A stretch of DNA of 64,000 nucleotides from Dicyema japonicum (taxonomy: Eukaryota; Animalia; Dicyemida), in assembly GCA_011109175.1 (NCBI GenBank), contig RDEW01000064.1, forward strand, positions 136,653 to 200,652, in the 5' to 3' direction. Position 1 is the stretch's first letter. Each line of letters opens with the position of its first letter. Position numbers and translations under genes: made by a program. Positions 40,550 to 53,899 of the stretch are shown here, one piece after another. Under the pieces are notes generated by a model. That model ran no database searches. It saw nothing but the letters and a program-made list of their open reading frames with translations, and was not told the origin of the DNA.

Positions 40550-41440
40550 CCAACTCTGATTTAATTCAGAAATAAACCTGGGCATCCCCCATTTCGTCGC
40601 AAATCCAAAAAGGAAATATTCAAATTGGATTCGTTAGCTGGTGGTTGATACTTAACTCAGTGTCGACGCTTCTTATTTATAAGATTTATTGGATTGATAT
40701 TAAACTGTTCCGACCTCCTAACCCTCTTTGGGTTAAACTAGGATGGAAGTGCGTTATCCAGGTATCACTTTAAAGACTTGCAATTCAGCCTTTTCCTGAA
40801 GCCGATCCTATCGGGGATATTTCCGTAATCCAAGGTCAACTGAATGAGTGAATTGACTATCTGTCGGAATGGATAAATATTAGAAACTTCCCTGGATCGA
40901 CACTGAGTTCTTATATCCAACCAAAGTTAAGAAATCGAATTGACAAAAACTACGTCAAGAGAATTCCTATATAATGTGGGTACTTCTCAAGGGTACTCCC
41001 TCTCACCTTTGCTATCTGTCCTATACAGGAAACGGCGATAAGTGATCTTCCAAGATTTTATGAGGGTAGCATAGAAGCATCCACTTATGCTGACGACGTT
41101 GACTTCACATCGAAAGATAGATCAGCCCTATTAATAAATAGCTCCAAATGAATTCAAAAAATGGTATCTAACATGAATGTTCACAAAACGAACAAAATAT
41201 TTTTNTAATGTGGGTACTTCTCAAGGGGACTCCCTCTCACCTTTGCTATCTGTCTTATACAGGAAACGGCGATAAGTGATCTACAAGATTTTATGAGGGT
41301 AGCATAGAAGCATCCACTTATGCTGACGACGTTGACTTCACATCGAAAGATAGATCAGCCCTATTAATAAATAGCTCCAAATGAATTCAAAAAATGGTAT
41401 CTAACATGAATGTTCACAAAACGAACAAAATATTTTTATG
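40550..41440 (+). mobile_element. RTE-clade RT fragment, partly duplicated across N41205
   Basis: GTSQGDSLSPLL and TYADDVDFTS, similar to 33735-33990. Confidence 0.6.
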
Positions 41441-42109
41441 TATATTTTAGAATATATAATATTTTGTCACATGGGCAACATAAGCATCTGGGCAACCTGT
41501 TTTTTTTACGTGTTTCCATTGTAACTAGAATATACTACATAACATGATTTTCTTGTAACTCTTATCAGAGCAACATTTAAATAATTCATTAATTTTAAAT
41601 AAAAATTACTACAAATTGTATTTAGTTGTATTAGTTCATAACAGATTTGAAACGAAACAAAACATGTTTCAGAAAGAATGGAATCCTAATAGTCCATAAA
41701 GCTAGGAAAGCCACAATTACAGGATTCTTTTTTTTTGATACAAGATGAACCCTGCCCAAGTAGGTCTTAGACCTATAACAAAACATGTTTCAGAAAGAAT
41801 GGAATCCTAATAGTCCATAAAGCTAGGAAAGCCACAATTACAGGATTCTTTTTTTTTGATACAAGATGAACCCTGCCCAAGTAGGTCTTAGACCTATCAA
41901 GGAGAATCAACTGCAATACTATATCGAAGTCACTCTATACCAAAATTGTCAAACAGTGTGCCAACTTCTAGTGTGCCGCCTGCCAAATACAAATTGAATA
42001 AATTTATATGCATTTTTTGACATAATTAATTTAAAAAGAAAAACAAATTAAAACAATTACTATAATTAAAATAATCATTTTTTAATAAAAAAAAATTTTA
42101 TTATCAAAT

Positions 42110-42182
42110 GAATAAAAATTAAATTAAGGCATCTGAATGGCCATTCTATTTCCCCTAACAATAGCCAACGAGATACGTTCTC
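42110..42182 (-). mobile_element. Extreme 3' tip of a CRE-like element
   Basis: Nearly identical to the 3' ends at 5010 and 26345 (ERISLAIVRGNRMAIQMP*). Confidence 0.65.
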
Positions 42183-42289
42183 GACGATTTTTAATTATAC
42201 ATTAACTTCCTAAGTGGACGACGGGGACGTGTTTTCCTGGGAGGTCTGAAATCAATCTCACGGCTCCTCCCAAACTGAGTTCCTCAAGG

Positions 42290-42910
42290 ATCGCCAGGTT
42301 GGCAAAAATGAAAAGCTCTGCTCTATACATTATAATTGTTACGAGGACGAAAATATTGATGTTGCTGTATCCGCAGAGTGGTTGGCCATTGGAAACAATA
42401 GTCCGAGATCTGAGGAATATTATTTTTCAAGACAGGAATCTGTTATTTGCAAATTCGATACATCATATGCCTGCTGGAACAGGATGCTGAACAGTAACAA
42501 CATCAGAAGGCACAAAGAAAAGGTTAGGCTATTACATTTACACTTTAGCAGAATGTACGGCATCAAAATTCAAAGAAACTGAAGACTCTGGTATAAATAC
42601 TATTTATTGGCTGGAGAACTCAAACTACTGTAAGGTGCTCTTATCAAAGTCATCCATATTGTTTTAACGTGGGACGGTGGCATTTCGAAGTATTATAAAT
42701 ATTACGTATATTCAATCCGTCGTCCTCAAAAGACGTTAGAGAGTATGCTTGGTTGAGCATAAATAAGAAGTATCCACTATCGAGAACTTTGTCGCAGCAA
42801 CCAATCACTTGGTGGAACTAAATACTCAGTTGAGAACGGTGGCGAAAAGGAAACGGAAAATTATCAAGTATCAGCTCCTCCAAGATGAGACAGGTCCAGG
42901 TGGAAGAAGC
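42290..42910 (+). mobile_element. Degenerate R4/Dong-like RLE fragment
   Basis: Zinc-knuckle-like ETI..L...C.RML...RRH..VRLLH and VLTWDGGI motifs, homologous to 44900-45330. Confidence 0.5.
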
Positions 42911-43689
42911 GAGTAATAATGATAATTTAATAGGCTCTTGCAATTTTATGACATTTTCGATAGGAATATCGTTATAAGTGAATACATGACTCATAGTGAC
43001 ACGTGATCGTAAATATATTTTGTTTTTTTCAGTTTATACATTTTTTTAGTTTTTAATTCACGGAAATGACCGACATCAACCCAGGCGACGATTGAGAAAT
43101 TACGGGAGAACATTTCGATTGCTCGTCTCAAAATATCGTGCTTGGAATTCAATCTAGCTTACGTATCTGAAGATTTTCTCATCGTTTGAGAAAAATACAA
43201 GATGGTTTTCAATAAAGGCAAATTTTCTCATAAACATAAAATACACATTAGGCTTACGAAACCCACATCGTCTCTTAAAACCTCCTATATTATAGTATCC
43301 ACTGACTAATAAGATGTCTTTGTTGTAGGCTCTGTCATTTGTCTAAATATTATAAACTTTTTACATCAATTTTCAACAACAATATACAAATAAGGATCAA
43401 AAAACTCAAAAACATTATTTTTTTCTCAGACGTCGAATAAACATGATAATTTTATTCTATCAGCGATAAATGTGACATATTTATTAAAATAACTGTACCG
43501 TCCCTACGTGGAACTCAGCCATACTTGGCACTTCACAAGATCCAATCAAAATAAAAATTAGTTTTCTGGATAATTCAGAATTTTTTGAGTTGAATGGTGT
43601 AATTTTTAGTTAAAATCATTAATATTTAAAAACATAAAGTACAAAAAAATCAGTCAATAAGAATAGAGTGTCATTTTAATGGAAAAACA

Positions 43690-45560
43690 TGCAACGTGCG
43701 TTCGATTCGGTGGCGTTAAAACTCTCTCGAGTTGTCAAAAATGTTGAAAGGAAAAATGGAGAATGGTCACTTGCGTTACCTGATGGTATGAATGTAACTC
43801 TTGCAATATCCGAGAGCGTTGTGGCAGATGACCCAAAAGAATGGGCGAGGCATGTAGTCCTGCAGGTACGTAGCAGGCTATCTCGAATGCCCTGGAATGG
43901 TTGGCATATGCTCGAACAGCCGAGGAGCTCTACTCCATGGGGGTCTGCAGGTACGTAGCAGGCTATCTCGAATGCCCTGGAATGGTTGGCATATGCTCGA
44001 ACAGCCGAGGAGCTCTACTCCATGGGGGTCTATTCCAGGAAATTCTTTGAGAGTATAGGAATAGATTTGAATTATTCAAAGTTGCGACTAACACGCAAGT
44101 ATGTAGCGAGTTAGTAAGAGTCCTAGAGGAACACGAAGGATATAAGTATCTGGGTGTTACCGAATCTCCAAAGTCCCTTATAATGTCTGAGACAAAGCGA
44201 TAAATTACTAAAGGCATCCGTAAAAGAGCAGCGTTATTGTGTAAGACGTCTCTACATGCAAGGAATTTGTACGTAGCATTAAATGAGTATTATGTCTTGC
44301 TGCTAAACTACTACATAGGTGTTGTGGAGTTGAACTTAAAGAGTATGATGAGATGGATGTTATGATTCGGGGAGTACTCAGAGAAAACCATGTCCATGTG
44401 CTGGCAGACAATAAGGAGAGACTATATTTACTCAGTGATAAATTCGGCCGTGGACTGTGTGGAGTAGTCCAACTAAGTGAGCGTATCTTAATCCGTATGC
44501 ACGACACCCTGATAGCTGGGTCAAGTGTGTCTGCTAGGAAGCACGCCATAATAACGACCGAGAAAACACGGGCAATCCACCTAGGCACTATCAGACCTTT
44601 TTTGTCTGCTAAGTATGGTATTGATAATGGTGGGCTAGTAAATGTGAAGGCGTTGATCGAATTACAATATAATAATTTGATGAAAATGATCAACTTAAAA
44701 AACCTTCATAAGGTACTCTTCAGAGCATTGGACAATCCACATGTCGACTTTAAGTCGTCGACAATATGGCTAAAATACGGTGACAGCTCACCTCGATCGA
44801 AGGCGCTGTACACGTATATGCAAGACCGCAATATTTTTTGGGGTCGATCAACAAATACATGCCCCCACCGTAAGTCAAGGCACATGTCGGTTGATCATTT
44901 AGCCACTCGATGTGGATCCATGCTCTGCCACGACTATGTGTGAATGCACAACGAGGTAATAAGGATTCTTCATCTTCTACTATGCAATAAGTATGGTATT
45001 CGCCAAACCAGAAAGTTGCGGATTCATAAGGTGCAATCTGTTGTAGAGAACACCAGGGTCCAAATTAAGGTAGACAGTGTTATCCGTACCTCGGTGCTAC
45101 TCAAGCACAATAAACCGGACATTTTTGTACACGATAAGGTGTCTGGCCAAGTCCTTATCATAGAAGATTGCATCACGTCTCAAGACCGTTTGCAGACTGT
45201 GAAGTTGGAGAAAAAAGGAAGTATGACTTTCTTGCAAACGAGATGGGGCAGATGCTTGGTTGCAAGGTCCTCGTTATTCCTATAGTAATGACGTGGGAAG
45301 GAATTGAAACAAAGTACCACAAGGGTTATCTGAAGCAGTTGGGGGTAGATAGGAAGCTCCAGGCCTATCAACAGTCCACTGTGTTAAAGCGGATTCTAGA
45401 GAGCCTGACAGTGGAGTATAGGAGGCAGAGCCCTGAGATGCCATATGGGAAGAGGGTTCAATTGGACAAGGCGCTCTCGGAGATGTTTCAGCAACCAGAA
45501 TCGAACCTGCCTGAGGAGGCTGGTGCACAGGCAGGCGAGGAAGGTTGTTGATTATTAAAT
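43690..45560 (+). mobile_element. R4/Dong-like non-LTR retrotransposon 3' half (RT thumb, CCHC knuckle, RLE)
   Basis: YKYLGVTE, ERLYL...GRGL, VDHLATRCGSML.HDY..HNEV, HNKPDIFVHDK, ITSQDRLQTV, EKKRKYDFLANE, IPIVMTWEGI.TKYHK. Confidence 0.85.
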
Positions 45561-45849
45561 ATATTAACTTTTTTATTGTTTGTTAAATAAAGTGGGTATA
45601 CTAAATTAAATTAAAAATTCAAATAGTCCAACAGCATGGATAAATTCATGAGTTGTTGTTAAAGAAAATTGGCTAATAGTGAAGGTTTTGATGTTAGCTC
45701 AAATAGTCAAAATAATTTGAATATAATCAATGCGACTCCAAAGATAAGAAAATATTGTCCAACCTACTTATTGTAGGATTCACACATATTATTGTTGATA
45801 CTTTTGGAATACCCCTCTTTTTGCTTTGTTCAAAACATTTCAGATAGTA

Positions 45850-46190
45850 TGAGGTCTACAAATTAAGAAGACATTTTGAAACGAGTCATTCAGAATATGT
45901 CCATAAGTAAAATAGAAAAATTCATAACCAAACGAAAACGTTAAAAAATTGCTCTGTCTCATCAATGCTTTGCTTCGTACAAAGTTTCTTACAGAATTGC
46001 AAAATTTAAAAAACCGCAGAATTTTGGATTAACTCTAGTTTGCCAACGATTATTGATATGGTTGAAGCTATGTTTTGGTTATGCAAACCAATTACGGTAA
46101 CTATCACTTTCTGATAACACAGTCGCTAGAAGAATTGATGACAAATCTGGAGATCAAAAACTTTGTGTTAAAATGAAAGAAATTATATCA
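45850..46190 (+). mobile_element. hAT (Buster/Charlie) transposase fragment
   Basis: ASYKVSYRIAKFKKPQ and LSLSDNTVARRIDD motifs. Confidence 0.65.
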
Positions 46191-46399
46191 CTAACTTTTT
46201 TGTGTTAAAATTTGTTTATGCTAAAAATAATATTTGTATTATATTGTGGAATATAAAGGAATACCTGTAAAAAAAGTTTGGAAACATGTCCTATAGTGAT
46301 GGCAGTTTAGATTCTTCGTATCGTTCTCTTTATATTCTCTTATTTTTAACAGCTCCCTCGAAAAGTTGCACGTTTTTTTATTTCAATTATTTAAAATAG

Positions 46400-46740
46400 T
46401 TAATTAAAAAATCAGTATTTAAAAAATCGTCCTTCAATGAGAAACACTGAATGAGCCAGCTCCTTTCTTTCCTATCATTTTTCTTCGTGATGACCGATCT
46501 GATTCTGTTTAGCAGGACCAGTGACCTGTTTCTTATGATTCCTGTCGTTTCCATGGCTACTGGTTCTAAAATGAACTGTCCATCGAGACATACATATTTC
46601 CTTATCTGTAGGGTATCAGCCTTCTTCGAAGCAGAGCCTGGGTTAGTTGCTGTCACAACAAGGCTGGAGGTAGAGAGGCTATCCACACAGGTGGCATTCC
46701 AAGCAAAATATCTGCTGCTTTCTCACGAAAAGAGAGTAGT
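46400..46740 (-). mobile_element. CRE-like 3' fragment
   Basis: ATCVDSLS...PGSASKKADTLQIRKY...FILEPVAMETTG. Confidence 0.7.
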
Positions 46741-46749
46741 TACGTCTGA

Positions 46750-47280
46750 TCTTTGGTTGGCTGAGGCGAGTCCGAGAGGCTATAATTCCAGGGATTTCCG
46801 GTTGGAATATTTTCCAAATAAGTTTTTCCTGGGGACGGAGTCAAACGCTTTGTGAATATCCACGGAATAAAGTACCGTCTTCTGGGTGTGTTTGTGACTC
46901 ACCTCAGGATAAAATCTGCCAGGGTGGTTAAATGGGTAGAAGTTGAGAGATCTGTTTTGAACCCGTGCTGAAATGACATATCTGGTAAAACATCCTAAAT
47001 TTTTGAAAGGACTAGATTTTCCAGTAGCTTTGAGATTGAACATAGGAGAGAGACAGGCCTGAATGACGCTTGATTGTCTTTCCATCTTCCAGGTATCAGA
47101 ATTGGTCGTATATGAGCACTTTTCCAAATAGTATAAAATTTTTGTTAACTGAACAGTCTTGTTAGGATGCAATGCCTAGTGTTCCTAGATATTTCAGTAA
47201 AATAGTTGGAATTCTATCAGGACCGCTAGTCTGTTTTAGAGCATTTTAGTCAACCGTAATGGCACATGTGAATAAAATAT
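46750..47280 (-). mobile_element. LINE RT core fragment
   Basis: QHGFKTDLSTSTHL and VDIHKAFDSV (RT motifs 2a-3). Confidence 0.6.
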
Positions 47281-47519
47281 CCTGAATAGTTTGCGGATTT
47301 GTAGGTTTTATTAGTGATGTTATTTTTATTATTTTGTTTTTGTTTTTTAAATTCAATAACTTTTTGCTAGTGATTGAGGATGCTTGCATTGCGTGTGTAA
47401 TAATAAATGGGATTGAATAATCGCTTCCTTAGAATAGTCAACACCCCAATGCAAACATAGATGCTTAGTGGAACATTTCATAATTTAAAAAATCACTAAA
47501 TAAAAAATCTCCCTAAGGG

Positions 47520-50203
47520 GGAATCGCCTCCTTTGAGAACACTGTCCTAGTAGATGATAACTGGACACAATATATTCTTTGTTACTGATCCCTCTTAGAA
47601 ATACCCTTAACACGTGGTCGAATACACCCTATTCACCACCGACATTAAAATCTCCCGGTAGTGCGACAGCAGACTCTACAGTACCAGTCGGTTAAAGAAG
47701 GCGTCAATTTCTAAGGTAACTGAGGGACCAACCTTTCCGACGGTGCTCTAAAATAAATTAACTACTTACTCTGAAGACTCTTAATAGACTCAATCAGCAG
47801 TCCGTGCTCTCCCACAGAATTACAGATGTGTACAACCTCTGACTGCAATTGAGCTGCAACTTTCTGACATTATCCCTTACTCTACCATTATCTCATTAAA
47901 CTGATCCAGCACGTGGGCAAAAACCTTTTCCATCAAGTATTCCATGCCACGTAACCCCATCACCAAACACAATGTCTCCATCTCTACCATTACCACACTC
48001 CAACCTTGTCGTGATGTGTATTCCTCCAAGTCGAACACGTGAGCACCCTCATTTGCACACAACCCCACGAAACAGTTACAGGAGAACGAGTATATCACTT
48101 CCCTCCGAGCCTACGCTTTCAGCAGAAAGTCAACGTACCTAAGTAACCACCACGTAACTACCACGCAGCCATTCTCTGCTGTAGAGGCGGTAGGTCCCCA
48201 ATCTCAGTACAGTTCACCCACAGCCCATTATTAAGTGAGTCCATAACACGTGTCCAGCCAACTAAGAATAAAAGAACCCCTTACAGACAGCATCCACTTG
48301 CACAACCACATTAATGAGGACGGATATCCTCAAGTTCACTTGTGAGGGAAGACACGTGATCATTGCAGCACTGCTTTGATACGAGCTTTCCTCTATCATT
48401 CTTAAGAGGATGGCACTGAGAGCGCTCTCAAACTGCTTTCTGTGATGTTCCGTCGCGAATCTACGGAAAATCCTTGACAGGGCTGTAATAGACGTCATAA
48501 GGTTGGACCTACTGTGACCATAATAACCCACGTGGTCTAAAAATACTCTTTATTGTTAGTTAAAGATATCTCAGACTTGCTTTTCGACTGCTTCCCGGAT
48601 ATGTGACCCATCATTCTCTGTCCCAACACTGCGAGATCCAAAGCCTTTATCAACCCACGAGTCACCTGTTTGTNCTTAAGAGGATGGCACTGAGAGCGCT
48701 CTCAAACTGCTTTCTGTGATGTTCCGTCGCGAATCTACGGAAAGTCCTTGACAGGGCTGTAATAGACGTCATAAGGTTGGACCTACTGTGACCATAATAA
48801 CCCACGTGGTCTCAAAATACTCTTTATTGTTAGTTAAAGATATCTCAGACTTGCTTTTCGACTGCTTCCCGGATATGTGACCCATCATTCTCTGTCCCAA
48901 CACTGCGAGATCCAAAGCCTTTATCAACCCACGAGTCACCTGTTTGTAAACTTCAGCTTAATGTAGTAGACGTTCTCGATATGCTGAATCAAGGAGAAAA
49001 CCACGTTCTCCAGAAATTTATCACAGAGACTTTCTGCTATGCTTATCAATGGAAATTTCTTGTGTTACCACCAGCTACCTCCTCAGGACAAAGCACGTGG
49101 AAGCAGGTTCCTACTCCCTCTGTAAGTCGAAGGTAGCTACCAATGTAGTTGATTCTGCTTATTCTGGAGAGACACAGGGAGAAGTGGTGCTCTATCAGGT
49201 TGGAGGTGTGGCTAAATCACGGAAAAGGCTTACAAATATTTGGAGAGGTCACAGACACGTGCCAGAAATTCGGGGTATGCGTTAACAGCCATGTTTATGG
49301 AGGAAAGGTCTGACAGGAGAGCTGGTACAGGGATCCCCTTTAAGGTGCAAATCCCCTGAGCCATAGACAAAACATACTCGCAGTCATCTACATGTCCCTC
49401 ACGGAATGCCGTCTCCAGTCGTACGCAGATGTCCAGTCCACATGGAGTTGACAAAGTCTGGACCTTTCCGAGCAAATATTCCAAATGTGCTTTGGCCTGA
49501 CCCATCAGTTCGGTTTTTCTAATCAAGCACGTGTCATGTAGTTGTCCCACCATGTGCACTAGGGCAATAACAGACTTGTCGTCCAACTCTCCCTCAAATT
49601 TAATCTTTTTACCCGCCACTGAGCATATTAAGCCCCAAAATGAGTCTTATTTCGTCCGCTGATACAACAGGATCTTAGTCATGGAAGGTAACTACAACAC
49701 ATGTAACCAGTACCTCACTGTAAATATTGTTGGACAGCTGGGCATTCACCTCCTCCATCATACCCGAAAGGACTGTCTTTCTCTTCCTTATCAAAGTCAA
49801 ACTGGAGATCAGTCACAACAATACTAGTTGGTGGGGAAATTCAGGGATTTGAACTCTGTGGAGAGCATTTGACGCAGTTGTCTAAATATAAAAGAGAACC
49901 AACAATATGATGGCAGCAAAACATCGAACACAGAGATCTTGGGAAAACCTGACCTTGTCCCGGAAAAGACAGACTAGAGGGAATGCTCTGACTGCGTTAA
50001 TGAGGATTGAAGACAGAGATTCGTCCGTTAGTTCCGGCTATTCCGATGAGGGACACTTAGAATAAGGAAATTTTTCACTGATAATCAGTTTAGAGAGGCT
50101 GAAGGGGGCAAACCGTTGAACTCCGTCTAAATCTGAGACCGCTTGATCACCCAGGGAATGGATCGAAGTGAGAAGTGTCAATTTTAAGGAAATTCATTTT
50201 CAT
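47520..50203 (-). pseudogene. NCKAP1: NCKAP1/Nap1/HEM-family gene (WAVE complex) with micro-introns, in-frame stops and apparent frameshifts; part duplicated across N48674
   Basis: KLTLL...ISEKFP (N-terminus), LFRDKV, CFHVLCPEE|...SLCDKFLE, FDLEEYTSRQ|EMETLCLVMGLRGMEYLMEKVFAHVLDQF, against NCKAP1 [39 protein letters not shown]. Introns of 20-23 nt, e.g. 47984-48004. TAG at 50038-50040 and 48537-48539. Confidence 0.75.
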
Positions 50204-51511
50204 GTTCTTTTCGGTTGAAATCACACAATTGCGGATCGCCTGACCAAAGAAGAAGACCTCCTTCCGGATTTTGCAGAAGGGGGCGTCGACCTCGTTCAGG
50301 AAATTCTCAGTTATTCACAGGGTTTATGACGTTTGTAATATTCCAGTGGTTTGGTATCTGAGAAGAGTGACCATGAATTGTTCTTTACAAACAAGAAAAA
50401 GAAGAAGGTGGTCGTGAAAGACAAATTACACCCTCTTAAGCGGCCTCTTAGATGTTTGGCAGCCCTGGAGAACAAATCTCTGGTGAATATAGATGGCAAC
50501 AATAAGGAGACCAAAATGCCTAAATCCAACAAGAAGAAGTCGACGATAGTCTCCAAGACAGATATCACTGAGCTAAACAAAATTCTTCCTGAGAGAAAGC
50601 CTAAACCAAACATGGCAAAGATTTTCGATATTTGGTCTTCCCAAGGCCACAATGACAAAACACGTGTCCACGAAAAACCTGATCTTCTTAAGCAGGTACA
50701 AACGTGTTTTCACGTGTAGAATTTACCACATCCGGGATTTTCCTACAACCCTGAGCCAGAACTCCACCAGGATTTACTCTGGGCTGCCCACGTGGCTATA
50801 AAGAATGATGAGGATGAGAAGGATTTGGCTCAAAAGATTTATAATGAGGGGTTTAACATACCAAAGGAATTACTAGAGGTTATTACCCACGTGGGTTATC
50901 CATTTAGAAGCGGGAGGAAGAGATGATGTTGAGTGGGCTGGGAGAGGACGAGACAGTTCCCAAGGAGACTGAGATGGTAGTAGAAGACGTCATACGGAAG
51001 TCCTTTCGACGGGAGAAGAAGACACGGTCTCAAATTATCGCAAAGAAGCGAAATTTGATGAAGGTCTCGGTCCCTGGTTAATTTTCGGAAAGAATGAGAC
51101 TCCGTGAGTGTCTCAACTCGAAAAGGGACAAACAGTTCCGGAATTTGAATGATATCTGTAAGATGTTGGACAACGAGGATAAAAGGATTGGGGAAAATAA
51201 GGAGCTGACATCAAAGAAGCGAGCTGCTCTTAAATCGAGGACTAAGAGGTTGGCGAGGCTTAAATTCCGTGAACCCCTTCCGTTGGATGTTAAACCGAGT
51301 GATGAACTGCCATCATAATTGACTAAACTGTCGGTAACTGATGATTATTATTACAGCCTGAGGAGAGTCTGTTGAAAGACCATTGCGTGGACTTTCAGAA
51401 GAGGAATCTGATATGTCCGTCGAGGAAGTTAAGGAAGATTGGGTTATTGTTTGTAGTCGTAAGAAGACTAAGTATAGAGAAGTTGTTAGAAGGAGTTTGA
51501 GATATTTGTGA
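50202..51511 (+). CDS. NOP53: Ribosome biogenesis factor NOP53/GLTSCR2; start uncertain; in-frame TAA at 51316-51318
   Basis: GGLVSEKSDHELFF, LKRPLRCLAALENKS, IFDIWSS, PHPGFSYNPEPELHQDLL, KRLARLKF...DVKPSDELPS*LTKLS|PEESLLKD...FQKRNLI; introns of 23-29 nt, e.g. 50696-50719. Confidence 0.85.
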
Positions 51512-52539
51512 GTTTTTAATACTTTGTGTTGAGTTGGCTGTTTTTGTAAATGCTAAGTTGTTAAATAGGCATTTCTTCTTGAAAATGTTTTGAGAATGGG
51601 AAAGTTATGCTTTATAATTAATCTTGCCCCCCATATACAATAAGTCCTCTCTAATCAGTCATCCAGTGCCAAAATACTTTTTCTAACTAGCTTATTTTTG
51701 ACATTATCGGAAAGTTCCTGAATTCGTCGATAAACCGTATTATTGACAATGAAACAAAATCCAGTTTTTTAGCGATTTCTCCCTTAAAGACACTCCACGA
51801 GCTACTGGCTTATTTTTGATATTATCGGAAAGTTCCTTAATTCGTCGATAAACCGTATTATTGACAATGAAACAAAATCCAGTTTTTTAGCGATTTCTCC
51901 CTTAAAGACACTCCACGAGCTTTCTAAAATTTATACGCTTAACCATTGTTCGCTATCAGATAACTCACATAATAAAATAACTTTAAAATTAAAAAGATGG
52001 TCTGGTCCATTTTAGATGATTGTCTAGCAAAATTTAGTAGAGATGATTTACATTTTGGACTTGTTGAATTTATTTTGAAAAATAACCATTGTTCGCTATC
52101 AGATAACTCACATAATAAAATAACTTTAAAATTAAAAAGATGGTCTGGTCCATTTTAGATTATTGTCTAGCAAAATTTAGTAGAGATGATTTACATTTTG
52201 GACTTGTTGAATTTATTTTGAAAAAAAATCCTTATTTTTGAGACGTGGATGCTTCATTGACAAATGTTTCGAAAGCTTTGATGGTGTTTGTCATTATTTG
52301 ATTGCATATTCATTTTGCCGTTTCCGGTATATCTTCCTTTTTCAAATTCATATTATAGATAACATTATTTTATTTGCTTTTTATTAATAATAATAAATAA
52401 GGCGATTTTTGTCAATAAAGTCAAAAATTCATATGTCCTTTAAAATTATTTAAAACTTATAAAAATGTGATTTTAAATAAAAAAATATTCTATAAATCAA
52501 AAGTTATAAAGTCAAAAAAAAGTCAAAATATAACTTTTT

Positions 52540-52950
52540 TTGCCGAACGATCCATCGAGGCATGTGACTGAAATGATATCTTCGACATGCTGAGGTCTGA
52601 GGCCAAACAGCATCGTCTTGCATGCCATGTGTTCGCCGCCAACCATGGGTGCGGAGCGTGGCAGGATGCACTCCCGTGTTCCTCCCTGGGGACCCTTTTG
52701 GACGATGACTGTATTCGGATTGGGATCACCCCTGGGAGTTGATGTTTGCGTCGAACACCAATGTTGATGTGGAGGGATCGTCGATGCCAAAAGGCTGCAC
52801 CCGCTCTCGTGCAAAAGGAGTGCGAGCAGAGCACCCCGCCAAGAAAGATGTGCGGGAAGCGGTCTGGCTGAGGCAACGAATAAATATCGCAGTTGTCCGC
52901 GGAAACGCTTACTCATGATGTCAGCAGCCGCTCTCCCCCATAGTTAATAA
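52540..52950 (+). mobile_element. CRE-like 3' fragment with an internal deletion
   Basis: Near-identical to 62600-63200 but lacks the segment between GCACCCCGCC and AAGAAAGA. Confidence 0.7.
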
Positions 52951-53899
52951 ATAATATTTTATTGTTAATAGATTTTTCGTTTAGTAAAGTAAAAAATTTT
53001 ATCGATTTTATTTATTAATTTTTCGAGTTTTTAAATAAATTGCATAGTGCTGGTAAAAAAAACCGGTTTCGTAGTTACAAACTTTTTTGGCGTATAGATA
53101 TTAATTTTTAACTGAATTAAAGTGTTTGGAGTTGACTAGATGTATAATTTTTTTATTTAAAAAAATTTCCTTAATCGTCTAAAATTTTTAAAATTTCAAT
53201 TTAGCGTGTGAATAAAAAAACCGGATTTGGATTACAGCCAAAGGTAGACTGATTCCAGAACCAAGGCCACAGTGTCGGTTTTCCGAGAGAAAAAATAATA
53301 CGGTAGTTCCCAAAGGGTCCGTCAACGCCCGAAGGCACCTTCGTTTCTTGTAGACAACAAATCCGATTTTGTATCTCTTTAGGTCTTTTCCAGCCTTTTA
53401 GATTGACAGGATGACAGGTTTACATGAAAAAATAAAGTTCTTTACTCCTTGGAATATTTTCCTTCAATACTCATAGGCATCTTTATTGCTAGGGAATCAG
53501 CCAATCTAATCACATGATCATGGCTGATGGCCTTCGAGGGATCACAGTGAGTGAAAGAGTTATTATGCGATCTTTCAAGAGGGCACTAATACATAAAGTC
53601 AGATATACAATTAGTCAATATCTTCCCCACCCCCCACATTTGGCCTCAATTGGTCTGGATCATCTGGGGATTTCAACGAACCTGTCTTCAGCAATAAGTG
53701 ATAACGACCCCACAATGATTTAAATCACTGGTAGACTCATATTTTCTGTGGTTATCGTCGCAATTTTCGTCTCCCATGGACAGTTAATATAAACATCACA
53801 TCTCTCTAGGTCCTTAAAGTATCTCCCTCCACCTGGTCTCTAATACACCTCAAGCATTAAATGTTAGGAGCTTCAGACGAGAAACGAGGGACACTACCT

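Noticed and set aside
163-51318. Non-standard nuclear genetic code (stop-codon reassignment)
   Set aside because: The in-frame stops align with different residues (TAA with Tyr and Ser, TGA with Gly and Trp, TAG with Glu). They are rare, with none in about 900 RPC2 codons. Conserved Trp uses TGG. One site is GAG in one copy and TAG in the other. TAA ends RPC2 at the expected position. Point mutation explains this better.
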